This document shows, in pieces, positions 33,659-48,100 of a DNA stretch of 64,000 bases (positions are counted from its first letter, which is position 1; the number at the start of each line of letters is the position of its first letter). The notes below the pieces were generated by a model. That model worked only from the letters and a program-made list of their open reading frames with translations, was not told the DNA's origin and made no database searches. The position numbers and the translations under genes were made by a program. This DNA is from Felis catus. Its lineage: Eukaryota. The stretch is taken from assembly GCF_018350175.1 (NCBI RefSeq), contig NC_058373.1:110982001-111046000 (forward strand), in the 5' to 3' direction.

Positions 33659-36477
33659 TCTCTGCTTATTAATAACCAGGAGGGAATGTGGCGCTGTCAC
33701 AAATGTGGGGAAGGCACACAGACCCTGGAGAGAGAGGACTGTGTATACAGCCCTCGGCACCTAGCAAAGTCCCACCAAGGCCTGGTGGATCTGCTGTTGA
33801 CTAGCCCCACTTACTGGAGGAGGCACTGTTGTTTACTTCTTTATTTAGAAGGAGCATGGGCTTTGAAGTCAGGCCTGAGCTTGAATCCTGACTCTGGCCA
33901 CTTAACTCATAGCTATGACTTTGGACACCTTTCTTCTCTGAGCCTCCATTTCCTCATCAGTAAAATAGCGACATTCCCAGTCATCTCAGAAGGTGGCTGA
34001 GAAGATCAGATGAGACACGGTGCCTGGCACCTGGTAGCTATTCAATTGACTACAGTTATCATCATAACCTGGTACAGTCCTGATCCGTAATGGGTGCTTG
34101 TAAATGACTACCAGTGACCAGGGGAAGAGGCGGTGCCAGAGCATGTCACTGGGGGAGGGAGGGGAGGACAAACAGGGTTCTCAGGCTCATCTGCCCAAGG
34201 GCTTGAGGAGCTAAGCTGCCACAAGACACAGGAAACAAGGCATTTGGCAAACCAGCCCAAGGCAGAAACATCTGGGGACACTTGCAGGAGTCAGCAGCAC
34301 CGGCACACAGGCTTGAGTCTGAGAGATGGCAGGGATGAGGGAGACATTTTTATCACCATGCTTCTTCCCAGCCCTAACTGTGCCCGGTGATTCAAGAGCT
34401 GTATCTAGTAGGTTAATTAAGCTTAAGTCTTTGTGTGCTCCCTGGAGACAGGTCAGGAATGGGCACCATTAACCAGTTTTCCGATGGAGAACACGGTAAA
34501 GGCAGAGTTCCAGACAGACAGCAGTCACCAAAGACACAGCCCCAAAGACCCGAGAGGTACCAGAGTCCCCAACACCGCCGCTATTCCCCCTCGGCATTAC
34601 TTCTTAACCAATGGGAATGTTTCTCCCCTCCTCCAGCCTGTCCCCAGGCTTCCACAAACACAGGCAGATTACATTCAGGCCCTTCCCTCTCACCATGGAG
34701 GCCAATCATCATTTAACTAGAGGGGAGAAAAAGATCCAGAATGGACAGCCCAAACTGAATCAAGTTGGTCAGACGTGAATCATATTCCACCTGCCCAAGC
34801 TGATTCATATCTATTGAGCTGTACTTTTCCAAATGGGCAATGTCTGGCAGCCATTCTTCCAAGTATGCTGAGAAAGCGAGGGTGGAGGGCACCTGGCCTC
34901 GGTGGGGGGCAGTGGCATGCCACGCCTCCCCAGACAAACAGTTGTCAAGAATTTGCTTCTCGCCATCCCTGGCATGGAAGGGAATCAGGAAATTCTTGTT
35001 CTCTCATGGTGTAGTGCCTGCTTCACAGGAGGACCGGCAATTTTGTTCATTTTACAATCAAACCAGCTCATGCTAGCCCAGCAAGCCTGGCCAAGGACAG
35101 TGCCTTGTGCAAAGTGGTCACAAGGTAGCAGAGAGGGAGAGAGAAGGGAACTTACTATGTGCCCTTGCCCTGCACAGTGCTAGGTGCAGACAGAGTGGTA
35201 AAAAAAAAAAAAAAAAAAAAAAAGACAAATGGTCTCTAACCTTACAGAGCTTAGTGGAAAGGAAACAAAGGCCCGGAGAGGTGAGATAAATGGCCCAAGG
35301 TCAGCACAGCAGGTGGTAGAAATCGGCAGGCCTGTTTGATGTCAGAGCCCTGACTACCCCCAGCACTCTTCTCGGAACGAGAGAGTTGTGTACTGACTAA
35401 ACACAGAGGACTTAACTGTACCGTACTGGTTTCTCTGTAGGTCCTTGAGCTGTGGGTCCCCGGCTCAGCCGGGCAGGGGGACACTGTGTGAGAATGTGAG
35501 CAGCTGTTAGAAGAGGCAGCACTGACACGAAGACGCAGCTATCCTGGGAGTGAGCCCTGGGCTTGGATTCCTTCTCCAGCTTCCCTCACTTCTTAGCTGC
35601 ATGGCCAGGGACCGAGGCTGAGGAGTGCTGGGGGCCCACAGCATCCCTACCCCCATCGTCTCACAACCTAGGTCCTCCTGACCACCCAGTAAGATTTGTG
35701 GAGTTCAGAGAAGCGAAATGCTTCAATTTTGGCTATTCATATGCACTAAGGAAGAAACAGGAAGTCTAGTCCTTTTGAGGGATCTTCCTCACTCACCTAC
35801 CCGCCCCCCCCCCTTTTTTTTTAATTTAAAGAAGATGAACTGCTCAGTGATCTTCTAGTGGAATTTATTCTTTCTACTCTCTCTGGTCCCATAGCCTGGA
35901 CCTCCCACTGTGTCCACCCTCCAATCATCCCCTGGCCCGCCATGACGGTGCCCATCCGTGGCCCCTCCATCCCCATGTGGCTATTGGTTTTCTCTGCTGC
36001 TAAGCACTGCGGGGCACTCAAACCACTGGCTTTGTTGGGTCACTCACAGACCTCCGCTTTCCCACCTTAGCGGGGCCCTCATAGCTGCTCGGCACCCGTT
36101 TATACAGAGGTGTGTTCACCCATCACTTGCCTGGCAGCCACTGTCCCTTCGCGGAAGGCTTCAGTCCCCTAGCCCCCCCTCCTTGGTGCCATGCACTCCA
36201 CAGAATTTCTTCGCCACTCTCCAGGGGCAAGATGAATGCTGCCTTATGAAGCCATTCCTGAGGCCTACTTCATTTCTTCAGAGTGTGCCTCTGTTCTATC
36301 TTCCTTGGGGAGAGTCCTCTGTCCTTCCCAAGCCTCGCCTCTCAGCTCCTCATCAGCCCCCTCTGGGTGCTCATCCTAGCAGTCTGGCCCCTCTTTGCTG
36401 ATCTCCAAACTCTATGTGGAGGAGAAATACTCTCCATCCACCTCCATCCCGTGTGTCCTCATTCCGGGTCCTCTAGG

Positions 36478-37050
36478 GCAGCACGTCTCAAACTCTAAGG
36501 TGCATGCAGATCACGTGGAGATTGTGTTAAAATGCAGACTCTGATTCGGTAGCTGTGAGGTGAGGCCCGAGATGCTGGATTAAACTTCCAAGTGAGGCCG
36601 ATGCTGTTGGCCCATGTATCACACTTTCGAAAGCCGGCTTCTAGACAGTAGTTCTCAAGGTGTGGTCCCCCGACCCGTAGCATCAGCATCAGCTGGGACT
36701 TGTTGGAAAATGCAAATTCTTGAATTTCACCTCAGATCTGTGGAATCAGAAACTCTGTGGGTGGGGGCCCTCGAATCTGTAGTTCAACAAGCTCTCCAGG
36801 TGTTCTAACACATCCTGAAGTTTGAGATTTGGACTAACGCTTTGCACCTGAAGGGTCAGGTGAGGCAGCACGGGTGTTCTCCCATTCTCCAGGTGTGCTT
36901 TGCAGGTGCTCAGCCTTAGAATCACCTGGGGTGATTTTTTTTTTTTTTTTTTTTTTAAATGCTGCTACCTTGACTTGCCTAGACCCACTGAATGAGACTC
37001 AGAGAGCAAGGCCCGGGAACGTATATTTTAAACTGGGTAATGGGTGATTT
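36478..37050. mobile_element. Cluster of MER5-family (hAT-Charlie) MITE remnants, plus another at ~37420-37540
   Basis: Repeated MER5 signatures: cagtagttctcaaggtgtggtccc...agcatcagcatca...aaatgcaaattct, gaatcagaaactctg, agaatcacctggg. Confidence 0.65.
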
Positions 37051-40000
37051 TTAGAGGAAAGTTTGAGCTACAATATAGTGAAAGAGCTACCCACTAGTGT
37101 TGGAATCAGAAAGACTTGGGTCTAAATCCTGATTCTGGCACTGGCTGTGTGACTTTGGGCAACTTTCTATTTCTCTGAGCTTCAGTTTTCTTACCTGTAG
37201 AATGACAATACCACTGGCCTCCTAAGAGCTGTTGTGGGATACGAATTAGGCAGTGGATGTGAAGCACGTGCACATAGTAGGAGGTCGTGCGCATAGTAGG
37301 AGGTCGTTCTCTCATCCCTCTGCAGAATAACAGCTTCCTGGAGAGCAGCCAGGAAAACAAACCCAGAGAGCCTTTGGTGTGGAAACGGTTACATGGTCTA
37401 GTCCCTTACTACCCCGTTGCCCTTGCTAATCCAGGGGCCAGCGGCATCAACATCATCAGGGAGCTTATCAGAAATGCAATTCTCCACGTGCACCCAGACC
37501 TGCTAAATTTTAGGCACACTAAAGTTTAACAACCACTGTCTAGCCCATCTCTAGGCAGAGCCACACCCAAAGCTCATAATGACACTTATGATCGTTGCAC
37601 ACCCATTAGCTAGGGAATCCAGAGCCCTTAATTCTCATGCCAGCCCTGAGAGGCAGGTAAGAGCGGTGATTACTACCATAGGCACAGTGTGGCCACATAG
37701 CGTCCTCATGCTCCCACACCCTGTGGCTGAGCCAGAACCGGAAAACTGGCCTCCTAACACCCACCCACTGCTCCCTTGACCAGTGGCTGCAGAATCGTAC
37801 TGCCTTTTCTGTCACACCCTGGCATGCCCCCCGTACCTGTTCTATTATGAGGCATCTAGAAGTGAGGCCCTGGGCACTCGTGGAGCAAGCCCGCCCAAAC
37901 CTATTTTCAGGACACCCCTGTTCCTTGACGCGGTTGAGGACTGCGCTAAGCCCAGACGCATCACCCTGCACGGTGCCACGTCACTGTCCCTACAGGAGAG
38001 CCGGCTTCCTTTCCCGGGCCCAGGGAACGCTGTAGTGTGAAGAAACAAGCACACCGCCTCCACGCAGCTCCGGCAGATGTTCTTGGGAACACTGGGAGCC
38101 CCGGATGAGAAAGTCAGGGAGATGGGGGCCCTCTGCCAACCAAGTGCCTAAAGCACGAGGTGAAGCTCATCATTCTTATTCAGCATCTCAGAGGTGCCAG
38201 TCGTGGTGGCTGCCACACCCAGCATCCCTTTCCGGCCAGAACCACCCAGCCCAAAGCCTCTGCAGGGACACAGGGCCGGGTGCAGTGTGCTCTCTGTGGA
38301 CAAGCAGTTCCTAACCGGACCAGAGGTGGGTGTCTGACCAAAGGAGGCCTATCGGTGGGCTTGCTGGTGACCCCCAAGGTGACCTGGCCAACAGCGACAA
38401 GGGACTCTGGCTAAGCCGATCAAACCAGCCCCCTCCAGATGGTGCAGATAGGATTGGTCAGTTGGCAACTAGAGGAACACGAGGCAGATGTGCAGAGAAG
38501 CAGAGATGCCTCGAGACAGAGCACACTGGCCAGAGTCGGGGCTGGGGTGCTGGATCCTGGCACAGACCCCGCCTTCCAGCCCACGGGTACCCTCAGAGCA
38601 CATCCCCCTTTCCTAGCGAAGCCTGAAAGCGCCTCTGGGTCACCTGAAGATTCACAGCCTGTGGCTGTCGGCTGCTGCCTCACGTCCCCTACCCCCAAGG
38701 CAAGCAGGCAAGCTGTTTCAACAATAGGGCAGGGAGGAAAACACCCCCCAAATTCCATGCTTGTTGCTGCTTATTTTTTGTCTTCCAGCCCCAACTAGAT
38801 GCAAAGTACCTAAGGGGAAGACAGTGTATTCTGCATTTGACAATAAGTTGTTTGTTTTTAAAATCTCTGCCTCCACTCCAGCAGAGTGCCGGACATAAAG
38901 TAGTAATTCCATAGGTGGCATCCCCCTGCCCCAGGGAGCATGAGGAGGATGGGCACCTGTGGCTCAAGAGCAGGGACGTGTGTCCTGCCATGTGCATGCG
39001 TCACGGACATTGGCAAGAAAAGCTCCTCAGCTAAGTGACTGCCACCTAGGACCGTGGACAGTGTTGCCCTCACTAACTACATCGATGGCCTCTGGCTCTT
39101 CCTGCTCTGAACAGCCTCTGCTGCTCCAGCAGCAACCCTCAGAGACTGTCAGGCCACACCCGAGCCCTGGAGCACAGTGACAGGGCTGCTGTCAGAGACC
39201 AGGAGGAGGGGCAAAGCTGGCCTCTGAGTACTGGGCTGGGATAGGACTGAGGGACAGGACAGGGGGGATGGCTCACCATGAGAGGGGAGGGGGCGAGCTT
39301 ACTGCCCCCTCGGTCTAGCAGGGAGGGGCCATGAAGACTGTGGAAAGAAGGGAACGGGGCACATTCAGGGGAAAGAACACTCCTTCCCATAACCACCTGC
39401 CTCCAAAGAGAGCGCTGGGAAGCGCGGAGGAAGGGAGGGACAGGGGCGTGGTCAGTCAGAATACACTGGTGTGGTCAGAGTTTGGTTCCGATCCTGCCTT
39501 TCCCACCTGTGTGTTCTCAGGAAAGCTTCTTAATCTCTCTATGCTGTTTCTTCACCTGCAAAACGGGAATGGCAATCCCTCGGGTCAGAGAGTTTCTGTG
39601 ATGATTGTGAGAGAAGGTGGAAAGCCAGTAACACAGGGCCTGACCCATAGTTTTATGAAATGTTAGCTGAAGAAGCGATCAGTTCCCTAGGGAATGAGGA
39701 CAGCATGGAGCCCAGGGGCACAGTGTGGGGAACAGAAGGAGCTCTGGGCTCATGTTGGGAGAGGAAGGAGAGTGGGGCAGGAGGTGGGGCAAGGGGCCAG
39801 CACTAAGCCACAGTGTTCCAACAAAAAGAGAAAATGCCACCCACCACGGAGCCCGGATGGCTCCCGAGTCTGCCTACCACCTAAATTCTGGCAAAGTCAG
39901 GAGGTGTGCGTACTGGCAGGCCAGCACCTCACGGGTTAACATCAGGTGCCAGCCTACCTGCCTGCCAAGGGCCACATGTTTCAAGTGGAAATAAGGCGCT

Positions 40001-41001
40001 TCTGGATGCCAAATGTTATCACTGTGATCAACCACAGCCCAAAAGACCCGCGGCGTGACTTGAGCCTTTTCATTAGCAATGAGATGCCACAACAGGAACA
40101 ACTTAATACACCTGAAACCCAAGGCAGACACCCAATCCCTGGAGCCAGGGTGGCTCCAGTTACCAAGCCCAAGGCTCAGGAAGGCCCCCAGCCCCTCCTC
40201 GACAGGAAACCAGCATGTGCTGGACATGTGGAGCTCATGGGGTTGTGGCAGGAGGTCACCTCCAAAGAGGTCACCCTGAACAACCCCAAAACAAGCTTTA
40301 GGGAAAGGCAGACCCTGCGGGGGGGAAGGGGGTGATGGCTGCCTGACTTTGCCAGTCCAGACAAGGCATCAGAATAATCCCCATCTCAAAATCCCCTTGT
40401 CTCAGCAACAGAGAAGACCCGTAACAGCAAGAGACCAATGACGCCATCTTCCCCCTGAGTGACAAGTAAGGGGACAAATGGGGAGAATGATACAGAAGGA
40501 GACAAATCTCAAGAGAAGAGTCAAGACAAAGGCTCTTGGCACACAAATGTCACACCAGGTGGGTGAGGGGAGTGGGGAGAGCATCTTTGCCCCAAACCTG
40601 CCACTTGCTGCGTTCTCCTTCCTTCCCTCTAGGGACACAGCCTCGCTGTCTGCTGGACCACACGCCACCACCTGACTTCCTCCTCTTACCCAATTGCAGC
40701 CTGATGGTCCCTCATGCTGGCCTCATCCTGGGGAGAAGGCGCACCAGGCTCTCTGGGCAAATGCATTACTCAGCATTTGCACTGTCTTGCTCTGGGAGGG
40801 ATGGGAAGCAGAAATAAAAGAGGCAGCCCTGGTCTTTGGCAGACAGAACCCTGATCCTCTAACTCCAAGGCCATGTTTTAACCTCCAGGACATTGAGTCA
40901 GTGGCTCTGATTCAGATGCCACCTGCAAGAAAGACTGCAGATTTTAGAATGATACTCTATCCCTCCTTTCTTTTCAAAGACACGAACGTGTGCGCGCGCG
41001 T

Positions 41002-41047
<46 letters not shown>
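41002..41047. repeat. (CA)n microsatellite preceded by tgtgtgcgcgcgcgtg
   Basis: About 22 CA units, continuing an alternating purine-pyrimidine run. Confidence 0.95.
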
Positions 41048-41049
<2 letters not shown>

Positions 41050-41885
41050 CCTCGATGTAATCGGAGGTGATATGGGGACCAGAACAACTCTAAAGGCTAC
41101 CACCTTCACATCAAATCTTGAAAGACCAGTCTTCGGAAACCCAGGGCCCAGAACCCCAGGGACCGTCATCGTGTAGAAGTGCTTCCCAGTAGAACACAGG
41201 GTCCCACAAGGCTGGGAAGGGATGCATGCTCCCAGTGCCTGAGCCCTAGGAACTCTCTACTCCAGAGCCCCCAGCAGTGAGATGGTCCTGGAAGGTCGCT
41301 CCAGCAGCCATTTGACACCCCCAGTGACTCTGAGTGACAGGCAATACTGACCTCAGTCGAAGATCCCAATCTCTTGTCTCTGTATTCACCAAGGAGGACC
41401 CCGCTCACGCTTCCTTGCTCCCTGCTATGTCTGAGCTTCCCCCCAGGACACATATCTGAGCGGAAAAGCTAGGCGCTGCTGGAAGCAGCTCACCCCTTGC
41501 AGAATTCTCCCCCTCTTCTCTCAGTCCCAGACACACATGCAGCATAGTGAGTTTCCCATTGTATGAGTCCCAAGACACCAATACTACTTACAACTTCCCT
41601 CCGGAAGAAAATGCATGCATGCATTCATTTATGCATTCACTCAAACAAACGGCTATTGAATGCCTACTATGTGCCAGGAGCTAGGTACTAGAAGACACAG
41701 CAGTGAATGATACAGATAACTCCTTGTCTTCAGGAAGCTTCTATTCTAGGGAGGAAGAACAGATGGTAAGGAAGCCAACTAATAAATACTTTCAGAGTGA
41801 TGTTAAGAGGCAGGAGGAGAATAATGGAGCACAGAGTGAGGAGACCCATGTGCAAGCTGCTTTAGATTGGCTGGTCAGTGAAGAC

Positions 41886-42112
41886 CTTTTTTTTTTTTTT
41901 TTTTAATGTTTATTTACTTTTTGAGAGGGAGAGAAAGAGAGACAGAGTGTGAGTGGGGGAAGCGCAGAGAGAGAGGGAGACGCAGAATCCCAAGCAGGCT
42001 CCAGGCTCTGAGCTATTAGTACAGAGCCCGACGCGGGGCTCAAACGCAGACTGTGAGATCATGACCTGAACCGAAGTCGGACGTTTAACCGACTGAGCCA
42101 CCCAGGTGCTCC
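41886..42112 (-). mobile_element. SINEC_Fc inserted in an L2
   Basis: Reverse copy. TSD tcagtgaagaccttt at 41875-41889 and 42113-42127. Confidence 0.94.
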
Positions 42113-45100
42113 TCAGTGAAGACCTTTTAAAGCAAGTGACATTTGAGCTGAGCCCTGTGTGACAAGAGACCAACACAACAGAGATCTGAGGGACCGGGGC
42201 CCCAGGCAGGTGCAACAGCAAATACCCCTCAGGCAGGAACACACTTCAGTCAAAATAGAAGTTCCTCAGAAGAGAAAAGGAAGAGGGAGCCCCATTATTC
42301 TTTCCTTTGTTATAAAGGGGGAAACACAGCAAGGCCGTTCCCTGCTCTGGGATCTCATGCGGACCCAGCCTCACATGTACACCTGTGTGCACATGCACAT
42401 AGGATCTAACCTGAAGAATGTACCAAGAAACTTCTCAAACGCCCACAAGGCCAACTTGGGGACTCCTCACCCCACTTTATGATGAGATCTCTATACTGAA
42501 TGGCTCATGTATGTAAAGTCCACTGCTCCTGTGCACATGGTAGGGGCACTGAGCAGGTGCTTGAGACACAGCAGTTCCCTAGCCCTTGCCCTTCCCGCTG
42601 CCGTGTGCACAAACCTACATAGGGCCTCTGTGACAGGAGCTGTGTGCTCCAGCCAACCCTGTCCTGCTCCCCTCTGGCAGACCCCTGACCTGGCCTTGCC
42701 TCCCAGAGCCTGCTGCTGAATGGTCAGTGGGCACAGCTGAGGTAGCCAGTATCTGCCAGGCTACTGAGCACTCACCCCACCGCCCTCCTGAGCCTCTTCC
42801 TAGGCAGGGCCATGTTGACGGGCAGCAGAAGGTTCCCAGAGAAAAAAAAAAACGGGGGCTGGGAGCCTCAGGAGCAAACATCTTATAGGGGCCACGGCCT
42901 CCAGATGTGTCTGCCTTCACACAGAGCCAGCGAAGGAAACTCCTAGCCAGGATGTGGTGGAACTGAAGTTGGTACGATCATGGTCTGGCCACCACCAGTG
43001 AGCTCAGCCAGGCAGAAGAGTAGAAGCCCCACGTGAGGTGTTTTCCACAGCACCTCCTCCCCCACCCCTGGCCCCCTGGGGAACCCTACTTAGTCTTGAA
43101 GAAACCACTCAAATGTCACTTCTTCTGTGAAGCCTTTACCAACCAACTCAGGAGGAATTTATCACCTGTGATTCCAAAGCATTTTGACATGGCTTTTGCA
43201 TACTATTCTGCTTGTCTGTTTGGATGCCTGACTTCCCAACTGTCTGTACTCTGAGCTCCCAGAGGGCAGCACAGCATCTTACTCATTTCATATTCTCATT
43301 GCCTGGCAGAAAGCAGATATAATAATACATATTAGTCAACAAAACTGAATAAAGGAGAGAAAAAATAAACGTGTGGGTGAGTAAATAAATGAGTGAATGA
43401 ATGAAGTTCAGTACATTCCAGGAGATAAGATCAGCGAGAACAAATTTTAATCAGGGCAAAGCAATCAGGGAACAACCCACATTTGGAAGCCAACTGTCAG
43501 CCTTCTCTGTAGATTATGGGGCCCCAGTCACAGTTCTCAGGAAATCTATTATCAAAATAGTAATGTGAGGGCAACCCTTAGATCTCACTCTCAAAGGTCC
43601 CCCAGCCAGACTCCTCAATCCTCACCCCTGACAGTTCCCCAGAGGGTCACGTCAAGGAGGCAGACTTGGCCAACAGCAGGGGCATGAACATGGTTCCATC
43701 CCGGAGCCCTCGGTGGGTGGGGGAGGCACAGGTCTGGCTCACTGGAGAGAGCCAACCCTTGGCGGGCTGTGCAAGGGTCTTCTGGGATAAGCCAACTGCA
43801 GAAGAGGTGTTTCAAGTCTGGGCGGCCTGCACTCAAGATGTGGGCCATCACTTTTCTCGGGGCCTCAGTTTCCCCTGTTGTAAAAGCAGGAGGCTGATGA
43901 TTAATCCTCTCCTCCTCAGCGGGGGGAATTAAATGTCCAGGAAGCTCTGTGCCTCCCACCCCCGACAAAGCACACTGCCCAGGCAGGAGAGCCAACAAGA
44001 GGTCAGAGGCCTGTGCAGAAAATTGGCAGTTTTACAGGGAAACAGGCACAAATATTAGATTACAGAAGAAGGCACTCTGAGAAGAACTGGCAATCAGGAT
44101 AGAAGGGTAATGGCCAAATATCGACTTTCATGCTACACAGCTCATCACCAAGCTGTCTGGGGAGCGGGGGAGGAGGAGGAGGGGGCAGGAACCAGGGCCC
44201 TCAAAGCTGGGGGTGGTTCTGCAGAGCCGGCAAGGTGGCACAGATGTGCAGAGCAGCTGAAAGGAAAGCCTCTGAGGGTTTCAGAGCTGTTCTCGGGGAT
44301 CACATTCTTGGGGGATGGGGTGTGTGGAATGGAGGCCTGAGGCAGGGTGATACCAGGCAGAGGCCCAAGCCTTGAGGCAGAGCCCTTCTGCTGTCCTCTC
44401 AGGCCACCTGTCTCCTGACCTCCCCACCTCCCCACCTCCTTCCTCACCAACTCACTCTTCCTTCCCAGAGCCTGGAGCTGCTGGGGCAAGGGGGGGGGGG
44501 GGGGGGCTGGCACGGAAGCAGCGATGAAACCCAGAGCCTACTCCTGTGACCCCAGGGAAGTGAGCCAAGGCCCTGTCTCCTGTTTGTTCACTGCTGTATC
44601 CCCAGCCCCTCACAGGCACCTCGTGTTCAGTCAACAGTGCCCAAACCCCTGAATGCGTGAGTGGCAAAGAGGATGGCCTCAAAGCACATCACTGGCAGCA
44701 TATTAATCTTGACAACTTTCTCATGAGCTAGGAATAACAAATAATAAGAATAATAACGGTAATAATCATATAACCAGCCACCATTTTATTGTCGGCTCTG
44801 CCAAGCGCTTTAGATCCATTAGCCTCTGTAATCTTCACAATGACCTTTAAGAAAGATTCTGTTACTCTCTTCAATTCACAGATGTGGAGACTAAGGAAAA
44901 AGATGTGGAGTAAGTGTCTGAAGGTGGCAGAACCTAGCAAGGCCATGGGGACTCTCGTGCCTGGCAGAGTTCTTTCTGTTCTGCCCCGGGCTGCTCTCCC
45001 CTTCCCGCCCTCCCTGCAGTGAGGCACACAGACGCACCCCGGCCCTCCCCCGTCCCTACAGGTCCAGGCTCCTTGTGGTGTGGGGACCCCTGAGTGCCCA

Positions 45101-48100
45101 AGCAACTGTCCCATGTTTGTTAGGTTCCATACCCCCGCACCGCCCCTCCCCCCATGTCTTCCCCAGCCCTCTCCCTCCCCTTCAGTCACCCACAGCCCTG
45201 GCCCCAGGCAGCCCAAGCCAGTTCAAACCGAAACTTCCAAGAAAGGGGATCCTGCGGCAGTCAAGCCCGCCTGAGGAATCAGCCCTGAGGCCACAGCGGT
45301 GGGTGGTTCAACCAGTCAAACTGGAAAATCACAGGGCAGCCACCTGGGAACCCAGGTGGCCTTTAAAACAAAAAGGTCCAGAGACCATGTGACCTATGTA
45401 CTTGGGGAAGACCAAGGGCGGGAGGCGGAAAACCAAACAGAAGGCCCGCCCCTTTCAGCTTGATTAGTGGCTTACAGGGCACTCCCGGCCACCAATGCAG
45501 AAAGGAACCCAAGGGCCCCACCACACGTTGGGGATGATACCGGCTCCCTGCCTGGGCGGGCAGCACCGGTCACATGAGGCCCTTTCAGAAGTTGCCAGTT
45601 GACTGGTTCAAAGGACTCTCCACTCCTGGAGGGAGAGGAGGGCAGGAGATGGTGTGCGGTTTGGCAGGAGTGTCACAGGAGGGGAGTGTGGCAGAGAGAA
45701 GGAGCTGGGAGGGCCCCTCGTGCTGGCCCTGACTGGTTGGTTTCCTTGCTGCAGGTCTCAACTCTCTCTCCCAGCCAGTATCCCGAGGCCCCTTTTCACC
45801 ATGTCATTCCCTGGCTCAGACACCTCTGCCACTGTGAAGGCCCAAGTCCCACCTCCTCAGCCAGGCCCTCAGTACTCTCTGCCCTCATTCATCCATTCAT
45901 TCAACATTTACAAAGTTCCAGCCTGGCCCTGTACTAGGACCACGAAAATAAAGAGGAATGAGATTTGGTTTCACCTTCAAGGCACTTAAAGTATGGTCCG
46001 GGAGACAGAAAGATAAACGGAGGAATGTTCTCACTCTTCCCCTAAAAATTCCCTTCGGTTCCAGCCAGACTGCCCAGAATCCCATGAACACCCACTGAAT
46101 TCCCACCTCTGTCGTCTCTACTCCATCTGCTCCTTCCTCTCCAGGAACTGAAAAGCAGCCCACGCTGCGAGGGCTGGCCTCAGCCTCCCTCCTTCTAGAG
46201 CCTTCCCTGCAGCTTCTAGTCAAGCAGGGCCTCTTCATCTGGCCTCCTCTAGCACCTCTGTAATAGCGGTAGCACTCACGGTCCCCTCACCAGCCACTGC
46301 CTGTGTCCTGTACCCTTGCATCAATATTTAGTTGCTGACAATGCCCGCAAGACCTTGGTTAACAGTAACAATGATCATAACTGATCCCTGACATTTGACG
46401 AGTGCTTCACCAAGTGCTTCCAGATTTCACTGTGGCCAGACCTCTTCTTGCCTGTGTGCTGTCTCCCCAGCTAGATTCCGGGCTTCTGTGGGCAGGAAAA
46501 GGTGGACTGAACAGGTCTCTAAAATGCCTGGCATGGTGCTTTGTAGTGAATCCTTAATTAATTAAACAGGTGAGGACACAGTAGAGGACATTAAGGCATC
46601 AGCTGCGCACTGGTACACGACCCCCATCTGGGTGGGCACAGCTGCACAGGAAAGGCTTGTTGGGGGCACGCATCCAGCTCAAGGCCACCTGCTGACTAGA
46701 AAGAAGAAGGGCCTCCCTGGGAGGTCTCTTCACTGCTCCCTGGCAGGCCCTTCTCTGGAATGTCAGTCAGGCTGACAGTAAATGGCATAAACAGTAAATC
46801 ACAAAAGTGCCAGCCTAGGTGATATCCACATGATCCAAGAATCTGAACTCTGTCTTGGCAATAATTGGTGAAATGCCTCATTTTCCCCATTCACAAAAGT
46901 AGCTCTGGGAAAGGTGCCTATATCAAGGTCCAGCAGGGTATGAGAATGTGTTTCAGACAAGGAGCAGTGGGAGAGAAGTGATGATGTGTATTCTGCACCT
47001 TGGAGCCTCCAGCACTGATCCCAGCTACAGGACACACGCATTTTTTCTGAATGGACAAATTACTGAATATGATTTGGTAGTACCCATTTTCTTGGCTCCT
47101 TAATTTGTCTCCTGGCTGCCCTTTCCAACTCCATGGGGAACTTTCTGTATCACTGAAGGGAAAGCTTTTCCCGACCATCCAACTCTCTCCCTAAGTCTTA
47201 GTTAATGCTGAAAAAACATGCCCAAGACGATGTAGAATCTCACAAGTGCCTAGGTTAGCTTCAAAAAGAATGCCCAGTGGGCAGATTTTAAAAGGCTGGT
47301 GTGAAGAAAGACAGGTTTCTTTCTTTTCCAGAAAATCCAAACTCCTCAACAGTCCACTGCATCCTGGCAAAAGGTGGACCCAACCCTCAGAAGCAAAGAG
47401 AGAACCTGCTCGGGTTTTAGGTCAATACACCAAGGGCCTTGAGGAGGTGGCGTGGGGAGTGTGCCACAGAGAGACTCCCACTCGGTTTGCTGATTCATCT
47501 CTGCCTCCAAAGTGGTTGGCCCCAGGGGGACTCTGAGCAAGTCCCTGTGACCTGTGTGGGGAAACTGCACATTTGTCTATCTAGCAGGAAGGAGGTGTCT
47601 AAGAAGGGAGAAGACGAGGTGGAAGAGACGTGAGAAGGGCTGGTGATTAGCCATGTGGGGGCAAGGGACTTAAGGAAAACATAAGCCTTAGAAGGGTCAC
47701 CTTCTGAAACATCAGTTCCCTCATTGCCCACGTGTCTGTGGGAAAGGGGGACACATCTCCTAGGGGAGGCTAGCTCCCCTAACAACACTGAGCTGGAGCC
47801 CAAGAGCTTCTGAATGGGGTGGGTGAATAAAGTGCTCCAGGGAAAAACATAGGCCACTCCTAGGACTTGAAATGTGGCCAGGACACAGGGTGCAAACTAC
47901 TGCTCATCGGGCAAAGTCTGGGGACCGCCCCCCAGCAGCCCACAGCCCCCTGAAATAGCTCAGCAGCTCCTGGCACCAACTCCATCTAAAAAATGGCCAC
48001 GGGAAGTTTCCTTTAAGTGCTAACCTCCTGCCTTTTGTCCCCAAGCCTGCAACCTGTCTCCATATCCCATCAGGTTCCTCAGCCCCTCCCTTGCTCACTC

